Shown here one piece after another: positions 47,703 to 57,946 of a DNA stretch of 64,000 nucleotides (the stretch's first letter is position 1; each line of letters begins with the position of its first letter). A program made the translations under genes and the position numbers. The stretch is from an uncultured Solirubrobacterales bacterium (GTDB lineage: Bacteria > Actinomycetota > Thermoleophilia > Solirubrobacterales > Solirubrobacteraceae), in assembly GCA_963845575.1 (NCBI GenBank), contig CAWJSN010000003.1, positions 24,067 through 88,066 on the forward strand, read 5' to 3'. The notes beneath the pieces are model-generated. The model was given only the letters and a program-made list of their open reading frames with translations. It was not told where the DNA came from and made no database searches.

Positions 47703-48356
47703 ATGACTATGGACCCCAGCGGAGCCAATGTCAAGCCGAAGAGGTCCTACGACGCATCGCGTCGCCAGGAACAGGCCCGCCGCACTCGGTCGGCAATAAC
47801 CGACATCGCTGAGCGACGCTTCATGCGCGACGGATACGCCCGCACCACTGTCGCGGCGATTGCCGCCGACGCGGGCGTCTCAGCGGACACGATTTACAAA
47901 TCGTTCGGGGGTAAACCAGGCCTGGTGCGCGCGATCCGCACCCGCGCCCTGCGAGGGGTTGGCGATGTGCCCGCCGAGCTTCGCTCAGACCGGCTGCAGG
48001 TTCACGAGCCCAACCCGCGAGCGATCATCAAGGGCTGGGGCAGGCTGACCGCAGAGATCGCCCCCCGGGTGTCCCCGATCCTCCTGCTCATCCGTGACGC
48101 TGCCGCCACCGATCCCGAGGTGGGGGCGCTGCTCGAGGAGATGGATGCCGACCGGCTGGCCAGGATGACCAAGAACGCAAGCACGCTAAGCGAGGGAGGC
48201 CACCTGCGCCCAACCATCGATCTCGCCCAGGCGGCCGACGTGCTGTGGACCTTCAGCTCGCCCGAGCTGTATGAGTTGCTCGTGCTCCGCCGGGGTTGGT
48301 CGCCTGAGCGTTACGGGCAGTTCATCGCCGACGCGATGATCGCGGCGCTGCTGTGA
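47703..48356 (+). CDS. TetR-family regulator
   Basis: GYARTTVAAIAADAGVSADTIYKSFGGK. Confidence 0.92.
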   Translation: MTMDPSGANVKPKRSYDASRRQEQARRTRSAITDIAERRFMRDGYARTTVAAIAADAGVSADTIYKSFGGKPGLVRAIRTRALRGVGDVPAELRSDRLQVHEPNPRAIIKGWGRLTAEIAPRVSPILLLIRDAAATDPEVGALLEEMDADRLARMTKNASTLSEGGHLRPTIDLAQAADVLWTFSSPELYELLVLRRGWSPERYGQFIADAMIAALL

Positions 48357-48484
48357 GCACCGGGGACTGAACGCGCGCCCGGGAAGAGTCCATCCGCCGC
48401 CGGAGCGCCTACCTTGCCATAGCGTCGAGCGATGAGTTTTGGTTCGATGGCCAGTCTGAACAGGACCGGCACGGCGAAGTGGAG

Positions 48485-49521
48485 ATGAGCGTGAGCACAG
48501 ACCAAGCAGGTCCAGCGGAGGGCAAGAGCGAGGTGGTGGGCGACGGGGGAGCGGTCGTAGCCCGGTCGCTGCGCCGCACGTTCAAAGGCGGGATCGAGGC
48601 TGTCCGGGGGATCGACCTGAGCATCAACAGAGGCGAGGTGTTCGGATTCCTGGGCCCCAACGGTGCGGGCAAGACGACCACCGTGCGGATGCTGTGCACG
48701 CTGCTGCCACCGACGTCGGGAAGCGCTTCAGTCGCCGGGCTGGACGTGGTCCGTCAAGGCGCTGAGGTCCGCCGGAAGATCGGCGTGGCCCTGCAAGAAA
48801 TCGGCCTCGACCCGGTGCAGACCGGGCGGGAGTTGCTCGAGCTTCAGTGTGGCCTGTACGGCATCACCGGCCGTCAGGGCCGTGACCGCGCGAATGAGCT
48901 GCTCGAACTGGTCGGGCTGACCGAGGCGGCCGACCGGCGTACCAAGACCTACTCCGGCGGCATGAAGCGCCGCCTCGATCTGGCCAGCGCGCTCGTGCAC
49001 TCCCCCACCGTCCTGTTCCTCGACGAGCCCACGACCGGCCTGGACCCCGCCTCCCGGATGGCCATTTGGGGCGAGGTGCGGCGCATCAACGGCGCCGGGG
49101 ACACGGTCTTCCTGACCACCCAGTACATGGAGGAGGCCGACCAGCTATGTGACCGGGTGGCGATCATCGACGGCGGCGTCATCGTCGCCCAGGGCACGCC
49201 TGAGGAGCTCAAGGCCGCGATGGGCCACGACGTGGTCACGGTCGCCCTGGACGGCGGCGACCTGGAGGCCACCGAGGGGCGCTGTCGGGCTTGCCCGGTT
49301 TGGAGCGGATCCTGCTGGAGTCCGACGCACTGGCTCTCTACGTCGCGAACGGTGCCGGCTCGATCGCCGAGATCGTCCGCCGGCTCGATGCGGCTCAAAT
49401 CACCCCCGGCGCCATCTCCGTGGCCCGTCCGTCGCTTGACGACGTGTTCCTGAACGCCACCGGCCGACGCCTGGAGGGCCGGGAGGAAACCGAGGCGACC
49501 CCCGAGGAGGTCACGGTATGA
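48485..49521 (+). CDS. DrrA-like ABC exporter ATP-binding subunit (frameshift near 49280)
   Basis: GPNGAGKTT, YSGGMKRRLD, LDEPTTGLD, RPSLDDVFL. Confidence 0.9.
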
Positions 49522-50275
49522 GCGAGATCGTGCTGCTCGGCCGGCGCGCCGTGCGCGAGGTGGTGCGCATGCCCGAGGCGACGATCCCGACCCTGTTCAT
49601 CCCCCTGTTCTTCCTGGTCGTCAACATCGGCCAGGTCTCCAAGCACCTTCCCGAGCAGCACCCCGTTTCTCCGTGGGGAGGGCTACGTCGCCTTCCAGCT
49701 GCCGGTGTCGCTGATGTTCGCCGTGGCCACCGCGACCAGCGGACTGGCCCTGGTCACCGACATCGAGCTCGGGTACTTCGACAAGCTGCTGGTCGCGCCA
49801 ATGCGGCGCTCATCGATCATCTTCGGCCGCCTGATGGCTGACCTCGTGCGTGGCAGGCCGCCTCGGCGCTGGTGCTGCTGGTCGGCATCGCGCTGGGTGC
49901 CAGCATCCGCTCGGGGGTGCTCGGAGCGATCGTGATCGTCGTGCTCTCGGCGATGTTCGGCGTCGCATACGCCGGCTTCGGCATCCTGGTCGCGCTGCGC
50001 ACGCGCAACGTGCAGGCCACCCAGTCGAGCTTCCTGCTGTTCTTTCCGCTGCTCTTCCTGACGCCCGAACTTCGTCCCCTTCGACCGGCTCTCCTCACTG
50101 ATGGAGACGCTGGCCCGGATCAACCCGATCAGTTACGTGATCGTGGGCCTGCGCTGGCTGATCATCGATGGCTGGAACGCGGGGCAGCTGGCGGTGTGCG
50201 TGGGCGTCATCCTCGCGCCTCGGGGTGATCCTCACCGGGCTCTCGTTGCGCGTGATCGCCACCTACGATCGCTGA
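49518..50275 (+). CDS. ABC-2 type permease (several frameshifts)
   Basis: DIELGYFDKLLVAPM, LARINPISY. Confidence 0.82.
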
Positions 50276-50307
50276 CCGACGCCTCTGGGCCGGATCGCTC
50301 GCGCGCC

Positions 50308-51521
50308 TCAGGCCCGGTGGCAGAGCGACCTGGAAGATCGAGGTGAAACCGGTCTCAAAGCCGCGCCGCGCGGCCCGTAGGTAGAGGCGCCAGATCCGCA
50401 TCCGCTCGGCTCCGACCAGCTCCGTGCGCCCGGTCCCAGTTGGCCTCCAGGTTGCGCGTCCACTCCTGGAGCGTGCGCGCGTAGTCCATGCGGAAGCCCT
50501 CGACGTGCGTGGGCTCGAGGCCTGCCCGCTCGATCGCGGTCAGGATCCGCGAGACGTGCAGCGGCGCCGCGTCGGGGAACACGAAGCGCTCGGAGAACGG
50601 GCCCGCCTCGGGATCGCCGATCCGCAGCCGGGCAATGCCGTGGTTGAGCAGCCGCCCCCCGGTCGCAGGACTGAGGCCAGCTGGGCGGCGTAGGCGTCGA
50701 CGTTGGCGCTGCCGACGTGCTCGACCATGCCGATCGAGGAGATCGGCGTCGTATTGCTCGCCGGCCAGGTCGCGATAGTCCGACAGCCGGATGTCGACCT
50801 GGTCCTGCAGGCCGGCGGCGCGAACGCGCTCCGAGCCAGCGCAGCCTGCTCGCTCGAAAGGGTGATCCCGGTGACCCGGACGCCGTGCTGGCGCGCGGCA
50901 TGCAGCGCGAAGCTGCCCCAGCCGCAGCCGACATCGAGTACCCGCTCGCCCGCCTGGAGGCCGAGCTTGGTGCAGACCAACTCGAGCTTGGTCTCCTGGG
51001 CCTCCTCGAGCGTCTGGGCGCCGCGCGAGAAGATCGCGCAGGAGTAGGTCATCGACTCGCCGAGGAACAGGCGGAAGAACTCGTTGGAGACGTCGTAGTG
51101 GTGGGTGACAGCGCGCTGGTCGCGCTCGCGGCTGTGGCGCCGCCCGCGGGGGCGCAGCTCGGCGGCCGGCGCGCGGGGAATCGAACGCAGGGCGCCGGCG
51201 CGGACGGCGGCTGCCGCCAGCCGCGGCTTGCCGGCGGGTGTCCAGCGGCGGCACCGAGTAGCCATCGAGCAAGTCCAGCATGGCGTCCATGTCGTCGACC
51301 TCGATCTCGCCGCTGACGTAGGCCCGGCCGAGGCCGAGCTGACCCGGGGCGCGCAGCACGTGACCGAGGGCCCGGGGGGAGCGACAGCGTGAACACGGGA
51401 CCGCCGTTGCCGTTGGTGGCTGGGCAGCGCAGTGCCGTCCCAGAGCTGGATCCGAAATGGGCGACTCGGGTAGCGCCTGCGCCAGAACCTCGCGCAGCGC
51501 TGTGGTGTCGGAACGGCTCAC
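50308..51521 (-). CDS. cyclopropane-fatty-acyl-phospholipid synthase family methyltransferase (frameshifts)
   Basis: LGLGRAYVSG, HHYDVSNEFF, MTYSCA, LDVGCGWG, SIGMVEHVG, RIWRLYL. Confidence 0.88.
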
Positions 51522-52462
51522 CCTGCGGAAGAAGCGAGCTTCAGCGCCTGCTGCTCGGGAGTCATGCGGACGACGTCCCAGGCCAGCCCGAGACGCTCCA
51601 GGCCGCGGATGACCAGAGCCGAGGGGTCGAGCTCCCAGCGCCGCATCCCGTGTCCGGCCGAGGTCGGGAAGGCGTGGTGGTTGTTGTGCCAGGCCTCGCC
51701 CAGTGACAGGGGCGCCAGCCAGGCCAGGTTGCGCGACTCGTCACCGGTGCGAAAACGCTGGCCGCCGAAGAAATGGCACAGCGAGTTGATGCTGTAGGTG
51801 ACGTGATGCAGGACGAGCATCCGGACCGCGCCGCCCCACAGCAGACCGGTGAGGCCGTCGCGCAGACGGCCCCCGAACAGCCAGCCAAGCCCGAAGGCCA
51901 TGAGCAGGCCGCCGATCGCCCACAGCAGGAAGGTCCGGTGGACCCAGCTGACCACCGGATCCTCGAGCAGGTCGGGCGCGTAGCGGGTACGGCGACCGCG
52001 GTGGGTGTGGACGAACAGCCATCCCACGTGCGCGTGGAACAGTCCGCGCAGAGCTCCGCTCCAGCCCTGGCCATGGCCGACGTGCGGGCTGTGCGGATCC
52101 CCCTCCTCATCGGCGAAGGCGTGGTGCTTGCGGTGGTCGGCAACCCAGGAGATGACCGGGCCCTCGATGGCCGCCGAGCCGAGGATGGCCAGCAGGCCGC
52201 GGACAGCGGGAGAGGTTTGAAAGGAGCGATGGGTGAACAGCCGATGGAAGCCGACGGTGATGCCCAAGCCGGTGAGCACGTACATGATCCGGAAGACGAT
52301 GATGTCGTTCCAGCCCAGCCATTTCGCCCACAGCTGCCAGCCGACGATGAACAGGCTCAGGACCGGTAGCGCGGTGACGATTCCGGTGATGATGCGGTCG
52401 CGGCGCTCGCTGTCGCCTACTGGCTCTACATCGTCGGGGAGGGCGGTAGTGGTGGTGGACAT
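51518..52462 (-). CDS. acyl-CoA/lipid delta-9 desaturase
   Basis: His boxes GFHRLFTH, HRKHH, WHNNHH. Confidence 0.93.
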   Translation of the reverse strand: MSTTTTALPDDVEPVGDSERRDRIITGIVTALPVLSLFIVGWQLWAKWLGWNDIIVFRIMYVLTGLGITVGFHRLFTHRSFQTSPAVRGLLAILGSAAIEGPVISWVADHRKHHAFADEEGDPHSPHVGHGQGWSGALRGLFHAHVGWLFVHTHRGRRTRYAPDLLEDPVVSWVHRTFLLWAIGGLLMAFGLGWLFGGRLRDGLTGLLWGGAVRMLVLHHVTYSINSLCHFFGGQRFRTGDESRNLAWLAPLSLGEAWHNNHHAFPTSAGHGMRRWELDPSALVIRGLERLGLAWDVVRMTPEQQALKLASSAG

Positions 52463-52561
52463 GGCGGGCAGTCTAAGGGGAACCGAGGCAGGACGGCGCA
52501 TTCAGCCGGAGCCGGTGGCAAGAATGTGCGCTACGTGTTTAAGGCGGGCGTGAATGCTCAG

Positions 52562-52891
52562 TTAGGGAATTGCGATGCCGCGAGCCAAACACAGGCGCTG
52601 AAGCTGCTCCATGGCCTCGGTTGAGCGCGTGGGGAGAGCATCAAGCGCCGCCGCGGCGGCGCGCAGGTCGTGCATGCTCACCGCCCTGGCCTCGAGCGCG
52701 AAGCGACCCAGCCAGCGCACGGCGGCGCGCTCGTAACGCCCGGGATCGCCGTCCCGGAGGACCAGGCAGATGCGCAGAGCATCGTCGAGAGCGATCTGGG
52801 GCAGCTCGCGCGCAGCCCCCAGCACCAGCAGTTCGTTACCGGTCTCCAGGGCGCGACGAAAGCGCGAGTACGGGCTGCCGTCGCTGGTCAC
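52562..52891 (-). CDS. helical hypothetical protein preceded by an SOS box
   Basis: 109-aa ORF (YSRFRRAL..ALDDALRICLVL..YERAAVRWLGRF). Confidence 0.75.
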   Translation of the reverse strand: MTSDGSPYSRFRRALETGNELLVLGAARELPQIALDDALRICLVLRDGDPGRYERAAVRWLGRFALEARAVSMHDLRAAAAALDALPTRSTEAMEQLQRLCLARGIAIP

Positions 52892-52904
52892 GAACGTATG
52901 TTCG
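52891..52904. promoter_or_regulatory. LexA (SOS) box, Gram-positive/actinobacterial type
   Basis: CGAACGTATGTTCG matches CGAAC-N4-GTTCG and overlaps the first base of the GTG start. Confidence 0.8.
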
Positions 52905-52933
52905 CATAAAACGTCGACCTCCCCTTAAACGAA

Positions 52934-52966
52934 CAGCCCGCACCCCCAAGGCGGGGATGCGGGCTG
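52934..52966 (-). terminator. GC-rich hairpin downstream of 52992..53198
   Basis: CAGCCCGCA..CCCC/GGGG..TGCGGGCTG followed by TTCGTTT on the minus strand. Confidence 0.55.
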
Positions 52967-52991
52967 CAGGAAGCCCCGGTGCTGGCCGCGG

Positions 52992-53198
52992 TTAGGCGCC
53001 CAAGCCCGTCGCGGTGCCCGGCGCGCGCCGGGCGCGAGCGGCACGAGCGGGTTCGGCATGGGCGGCGCGGGCGCGTGCGACACGCTCGCGACCGACGACG
53101 GTCGGGCGGCCGGAACGGATGGCCCAAGCGTGCATTGCGACGATTCCGCCGAAGACAATGGCGACGAGTGCGACGTTGGCGATGATGACGGCGGTCAT
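52992..53198 (-). CDS. small single-TM hypothetical protein
   Basis: MTAVIIANVALVAIVFGGIV; RBS AAGGAG. Confidence 0.6.
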   Translation of the reverse strand: MTAVIIANVALVAIVFGGIVAMHAWAIRSGRPTVVGRERVARARAAHAEPARAARARRAPGTATGLGA

Positions 53199-53333
53199 TC
53201 GGGGACTCCTTCGTTCGGGGTAGGACTCAGGATGACCCCCCCGCCGAAGGCCAACGTCGGACGAACGTAGGCTCTGGCTAAGAGGCAAGTGGCGATTGCC
53301 ACAGGCTCACCGAATTTTGGGGCGCTGGTGGCG

Positions 53334-53528
53334 CTAGCCGCCGGCCTCCCGGTCGGCCTGCTCCTGCTGCTCGAGCTTCTCGCGCAGGTAGCGGGCCTTA
53401 TCCGCGCGCCGCCTGTGCTTCTCGACCTCGGCTTCGATGTCGGACTCGGACACCGCTCGGTGCTCGGCGGTTTCCTGCTCCTGCTGGCGCAGCTTCAGCT
53501 GCTCCGTTGTGGGCTCGTCTTCGGGCAT
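53334..53528 (-). CDS. small hydrophilic hypothetical protein
   Basis: E/Q/R-rich 64 aa, HRRRADKARYLREKL. Confidence 0.6.
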   Translation of the reverse strand: MPEDEPTTEQLKLRQQEQETAEHRAVSESDIEAEVEKHRRRADKARYLREKLEQQEQADREAGG

Positions 53529-53595
53529 GCCTAGACGATAACCACGTGGCGATAGAGTGCGCGCGGTTTACGAGCCGACGACCGGGAAGCCGACC

Positions 53596-54069
53596 ATGAA
53601 GAAAACACTGATCATCGCCGCGCTGCTGAGCATCGCGCTGACTGCCTGCGGGGGCAGCGGGGCCCCCAGTCTGAGTGCCTTCAAGACCGGCTTTGCCGGG
53701 CAGCGAAAGACCTTTCGCGCGCTGGGCGTGGACCTTCAGCAGGCCATCGCCACTGCCCAGAACAAGACCGACGCGCAGCTGGCCAAGGAGATCGCGGCGC
53801 TGGCCGTCCGAGCCAAGAATCAGGCCCGCTCTCTGGCCACACTGAATCCGCCGAGCCGCTACAAGACCGCTCTGCACACGTTGGAGGTTGGCTTCAACGC
53901 TATCGCCGCCGACCTACGCCAGATCACCGCGGCAGCCACCAAGCACGACGCGGCCAAGGCTCGCTCGGCGACGCTGGCTCTGATCAAGGACGCCGGCACG
54001 GTCAAAGCCGGTGACACCGCGATCACGTCCGGATTGCACCTGCCCGCCACCTCTCTGGCCACCGGCTGA
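53596..54069 (+). CDS. lipoprotein
   Basis: MKKTLIIAALLSIALTA-C lipobox. Confidence 0.8.
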   Translation: MKKTLIIAALLSIALTACGGSGAPSLSAFKTGFAGQRKTFRALGVDLQQAIATAQNKTDAQLAKEIAALAVRAKNQARSLATLNPPSRYKTALHTLEVGFNAIAADLRQITAAATKHDAAKARSATLALIKDAGTVKAGDTAITSGLHLPATSLATG

Positions 54070-54188
54070 CGGCGTTCACACGCGGCCGCGTCGCGCGCGG
54101 GCGCGCGTGAGGGGCTGCAGGTGGCGATCACACACATCGGCAGGTCGCACGCACCGCGGCAGGTGTCGTCCACAGGCAAGGTAATCTG

Positions 54189-54210
54189 TACTAAGTCAAC
54201 TAGTTTAGTA
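54189..54210. promoter_or_regulatory. AT-rich inverted repeat at the start of the amidohydrolase/cysteine dioxygenase operon
   Basis: TACTAA-N10-TTAGTA. Confidence 0.6.
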
Positions 54211-55190
54211 TGCTTTACACCGTGCTTCTTCTCGACCTCCATCAGCACGCTTGGACCGAGCCTCTGCTCGACGCCCTGACTGCCCGTCGGTCACTCCCCT
54301 TCGTGAGACGGACCGCCGAGGGGCTAACCGTCCTGCACTGCGCCGGCGAGCGTCCCTTCGTGATCGATCCCGACCGCCTGGCCAGGAGCGCGAAGGAGCG
54401 CCAGGCACGCCTGGCCGGAGCCGGGCGGGCGCTGATCGCCATGTCCAGTCCAACGGGCATGGAGGTGCTCGATCCCGATGCCGCCCACGAGCTGATCGGA
54501 GCCCACCTTGACGGCGTGCTGTCGCTGGGACCCGAATTCGGAGCCTGGGGGCCTCTGGCGGTGGCCGACCCCGACCCCGGCCAGGTCGGAGCACTGCTGG
54601 AGCGCGGTTGCTCCGGGATCTCGGTATCCGCCGGGGCGATCGCCACCCCAGAGGAGTTCGATCTCATGGGACCGTCCCTCGAGGCGGTCCAGCGGCACGA
54701 CACCGTCCTGTTCGTGCATCCGGGCCCCGGCGTGGGTCATCGCCTGAGCGACCCTTCGCTGACTGAACCCCCGTGGTGGCCGGCTCTGACCCGCTATGTC
54801 GCGCAGATGCAGGCCGCGTGGCTGACCTTCGCCAGCTACGGCCGGCGTGAGCTACCTGGCCTGCGCATCGTTTTTTCGATGCTGGCCGGCGGGGCGCCGC
54901 TGCTCACCGAGCGGCTTCGTAGTCGCGGCGGCCCCCAGGCGGAGCTGCACGACGCGCTGACCTTGTACGACAGCTCGAGCTACGGCCCACAGATGGTGGA
55001 GACGATGGCGCGTTGCGTAGGCCGGAGCCAGCTCGTCTACGGGTCTGACCGCCCAGTCATCGACCCGATTCCCACCGGTCGCGAGACCGAGCTGATGACC
55101 ACTGCCGGGCAGCTGGTCCCGGCCCCGGTGCTGACGGCGCTGATGGCCACCGCCGGACAGCTGGTCCCGGCCCCGGTGGTGATGGCGTGA
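54210..55190 (+). CDS. amidohydrolase_2-family protein
   Basis: DLHQH, LFVHPG, YDSSSYG, YGSDRP. Confidence 0.82.
   Translation: MLYTVLLLDLHQHAWTEPLLDALTARRSLPFVRRTAEGLTVLHCAGERPFVIDPDRLARSAKERQARLAGAGRALIAMSSPTGMEVLDPDAAHELIGAHLDGVLSLGPEFGAWGPLAVADPDPGQVGALLERGCSGISVSAGAIATPEEFDLMGPSLEAVQRHDTVLFVHPGPGVGHRLSDPSLTEPPWWPALTRYVAQMQAAWLTFASYGRRELPGLRIVFSMLAGGAPLLTERLRSRGGPQAELHDALTLYDSSSYGPQMVETMARCVGRSQLVYGSDRPVIDPIPTGRETELMTTAGQLVPAPVLTALMATAGQLVPAPVVMA
55092..55187 (+). repeat. diverged 2 x 48-bp duplication at the amidohydrolase C-terminus
   Basis: LMTTAGQLVPAPVLTA / LMATAGQLVPAPVVMA. Confidence 0.85.
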
Positions 55191-55663
55191 GTCTCTCGCC
55201 CGAACAGCTTCAGCGCTTCACCGACGAGCTGGCCGCGTCCCCCGAGGGCTGGGCTCATCTGGTCCGGCACGCCGGCGACGTGCGCGTCTATGAGCAGATC
55301 TGGGACGACGACGAGGTCAATGCGTGGATGATCTGCTGGAGCCAGGACCAGGACACCGGCTTCCATGATCACGACGACTCGGCGGCGGCCATCACGGTCA
55401 TTTCGGGCCGGGTTCGTGAGGACCGGCTGACCCTCGGGGCCGGCCCACGCACTCGGGAGCTCGGACCGGGCACGACGTTCATCGTGCCTCCGACGGCCAT
55501 CCACCGGGTTCTCCATGCCGGCGTCGGACCCGCGGTGACAATCCACGCCTACTCGCCGCCCCTCCGGAGGACCGGCGCCTACCGGGTCGGCGCCGATGGC
55601 GAACTCGAGCGTGAGGCTCAGTCGTTCGGGGTCGAGCTGAGAGCCGAGCCGGTTACCGCCTAA
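55187..55663 (+). CDS. cysteine dioxygenase-family cupin
   Basis: W..QDTGFHDH, IHRV, IHAYSPPL. Confidence 0.88.
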   Translation: MSLSPEQLQRFTDELAASPEGWAHLVRHAGDVRVYEQIWDDDEVNAWMICWSQDQDTGFHDHDDSAAAITVISGRVREDRLTLGAGPRTRELGPGTTFIVPPTAIHRVLHAGVGPAVTIHAYSPPLRRTGAYRVGADGELEREAQSFGVELRAEPVTA

Positions 55664-55700
55664 GCCGCCTCCGCTCGCCTGGCGTACGGTTCTCAGCACC

Positions 55701-56441
55701 GTGTTCCGAGCCTTTTCCCACGACGGCGTCAGTGACGATGTGGCCATCGAGTCGCCACTGGAGATCCGCGTCGACGGCGCGCCACTGGCGGTGACGATGC
55801 GGACACCCGGGCACGACGAGGAGCTGGCTCTGGGTTTCCTCCACGGCGAGGGTCTGATCGACGGGCCTCGTGACACCGGACCGACCGCCGACTTCGCCGC
55901 CAACGTCGTCGAGGTCGCCGGCCCGCTGCTTCGCGATCCCGGGACGCGCCGCTTCTACACCACTTCCTCGTGCGGCGTGTGCGGGAAGGGGGCGCTCGAG
56001 GAGGTGGCGGTGCTGAGTGCCCCGCTCCCTCAGGGACCGCGGCTGACCCGTGACCTGGCTGCTGCGCTGCCCGACCGGCTCGAGCAACCCGGGTTCGCCC
56101 GCACCGGCGGCCTCCACGCCACCGGCCTGTTCACCTCCGCCGGAGAGCTGCTGTTCACGCGCGAGGACGTCGGTCGACACAACGCCATGGACAAGGTGTT
56201 GGGGCGGGCGCTGCTCGACGGCTTACTGCCGCTCGGCGAGCTCGTCCTATGCGTGAGCGGACGGCTCTCCTTCGAGCTGGTGCAGAAGGCGGCCGTAGCC
56301 GGCGCACCCATCCTGATCGGGGTCGGCGCCCCGAGCTCGCTGGCCATCGAGCTGGCCGCCGACCGCGGGCTCACGCTGTGCGGATTCGCGCGCCGCGGCC
56401 GGGTCAACGTCTACACGCGCGCGGAGCGCATCACCGACTGA
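55701..56441 (+). CDS. fdhD: formate dehydrogenase accessory sulfurtransferase
   Basis: MRTPG, SSCGVCGK, TGGLHA, REDVGRHNAMDK, SGRLSFELVQKA. Confidence 0.93.
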   Translation: MFRAFSHDGVSDDVAIESPLEIRVDGAPLAVTMRTPGHDEELALGFLHGEGLIDGPRDTGPTADFAANVVEVAGPLLRDPGTRRFYTTSSCGVCGKGALEEVAVLSAPLPQGPRLTRDLAAALPDRLEQPGFARTGGLHATGLFTSAGELLFTREDVGRHNAMDKVLGRALLDGLLPLGELVLCVSGRLSFELVQKAAVAGAPILIGVGAPSSLAIELAADRGLTLCGFARRGRVNVYTRAERITD

Positions 56442-56472
56442 ACCGCTGGGAGAGCATCGGGCGACGCGTCGG

Positions 56473-57561
56473 TCAGGCCACAGCCAGGCCGGCCAGCTCA
56501 GCTATTTCCTCGGCCGAGGACCAGGCTCCGACCGAGGCCCGGACATAGCTGTGCGAGGGAATGCTGCGCACCACGACGCCCTGCTCGGCCAGCCGGGCGA
56601 CCTCGGCGTCGGCGTCCTCAGCCCGCCAGGAAACCAGCGTCGAGCGGTCGCGTGGTCCGACCTCGAGACCGCGCTCGGCCAGCAACCGGGCCAGCTCGGC
56701 GGCCAAGTCAGCGGCCCGGCTGTGGACCCAATCCCAGCCCGCCTGCTCGAACACACCGAGCGAGGCCAGAGCCCAGGCGCTGCGCATACCAGGCGGAAAT
56801 CCGTGATCGAAGCGAGCCGCCGTCTCCGCCGGGGGCGATTGAAGCGCGTCGTGGGCATCGGCCAACGACCCGTATCCCGGCCAGGCGACGCGGAGCTCAT
56901 TGCGCTGGTCGCGACGTACGTACAGACAGCCACTGCCCTCGGGGCCGCAGAGCCATTTCTGTCCCGAGCCGGCATAGAACGCACAACCCAGGGCCGCCAC
57001 GTCGACCGGTACCGCTCCCACGGCTTGGGCAGCGTCGAACAGGACGGGGACTCCGGTGGCGGCCAACGCCGCATGGTCGGCCACCCGGCCGCTGACCCAG
57101 GACACGTGCGAGCAGGCCACCAGCCGAGTCGAGGCCGAGACGGCGCCGGCCAGCTCGGCAACCGGGACCACGCGGACCTTGACGCCGTAGCGCCGCTGGG
57201 CGAGACCGAGCGGCGCCAGAAGTCCAGGATGCTCCTCATCGCTGGTCACGATCTCGTCGCCCGAACGGAGGTCGAGCCCGGCCAGAACGGTGTTCACACC
57301 GTCGGTGGTGGACCCGGTGATGGCCACGTCCTCTTCCTCGGCGCCGAGCACCCGGGCGTAGCCGGAGCGCAGCTGCGCGGCCAGCTCACGCACCGTCGTC
57401 ATGTAGTCGGCACCGCAGCGCCCCTGGTCTAGCTCGAGCTCGATTCGCTCGCGCACCGCCTCGGCGGCCTGCCGCGGAAGCGGTCCCTCCGTGCCGGCGT
57501 TCATGTACGCCTTGTGGGCCAGAACGGGAAACTGGGCGCGAAACTGGGCCGGATCGGTCAC
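56473..57561 (-). CDS. class-V PLP enzyme (cysteine/cystine lyase-like)
   Basis: YMNAGTEGP, EEHPG, SHVSW, DAAQ, SGQKWLCGPEG. Confidence 0.85.
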   Translation of the reverse strand: MTDPAQFRAQFPVLAHKAYMNAGTEGPLPRQAAEAVRERIELELDQGRCGADYMTTVRELAAQLRSGYARVLGAEEEDVAITGSTTDGVNTVLAGLDLRSGDEIVTSDEEHPGLLAPLGLAQRRYGVKVRVVPVAELAGAVSASTRLVACSHVSWVSGRVADHAALAATGVPVLFDAAQAVGAVPVDVAALGCAFYAGSGQKWLCGPEGSGCLYVRRDQRNELRVAWPGYGSLADAHDALQSPPAETAARFDHGFPPGMRSAWALASLGVFEQAGWDWVHSRAADLAAELARLLAERGLEVGPRDRSTLVSWRAEDADAEVARLAEQGVVVRSIPSHSYVRASVGAWSSAEEIAELAGLAVA

Positions 57562-57572
57562 GTGTACTAGGC

Positions 57573-57902
57573 CTAACCGACCCGGAGTCCGGCCTTGCGA
57601 CACTCGGTGCTCAGCGACCGCGCCGTCGCGCCCACCGCGCCGCCGCTGAGACCGACCCCGGCGCACATCTGGCGGGCACTCGCGCCGCAGCGATAGATCT
57701 GGGCGCCCCCGGTTGAGTAGGCCAGCCCGACCGAGATGCAGCCGTGTCCGGACTGACGGTCGGCGGTGCTCAGCGAGATGATGAGCACAACGGCGAACGC
57801 CGCCAGCACCGCCACCACACCACCGACCATCGCCTTCTCGCGTGACCGGAACGGGTGCGGTTCACGGATGGTCTGGGCATGCCCGGGAGGCAGAATCAGC
57901 AT
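57573..57902 (-). CDS. membrane-anchored hypothetical protein with 4 Cys
   Basis: MLILPPGH.., one TM segment, Cys-containing external domain. Confidence 0.6.
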   Translation of the reverse strand: MLILPPGHAQTIREPHPFRSREKAMVGGVVAVLAAFAVVLIISLSTADRQSGHGCISVGLAYSTGGAQIYRCGASARQMCAGVGLSGGAVGATARSLSTECRKAGLRVG

Positions 57903-57946
57903 CCACCCGAGTCTACGGTTTCGGGCGCCGTCTCAGAAGGGCGTGG

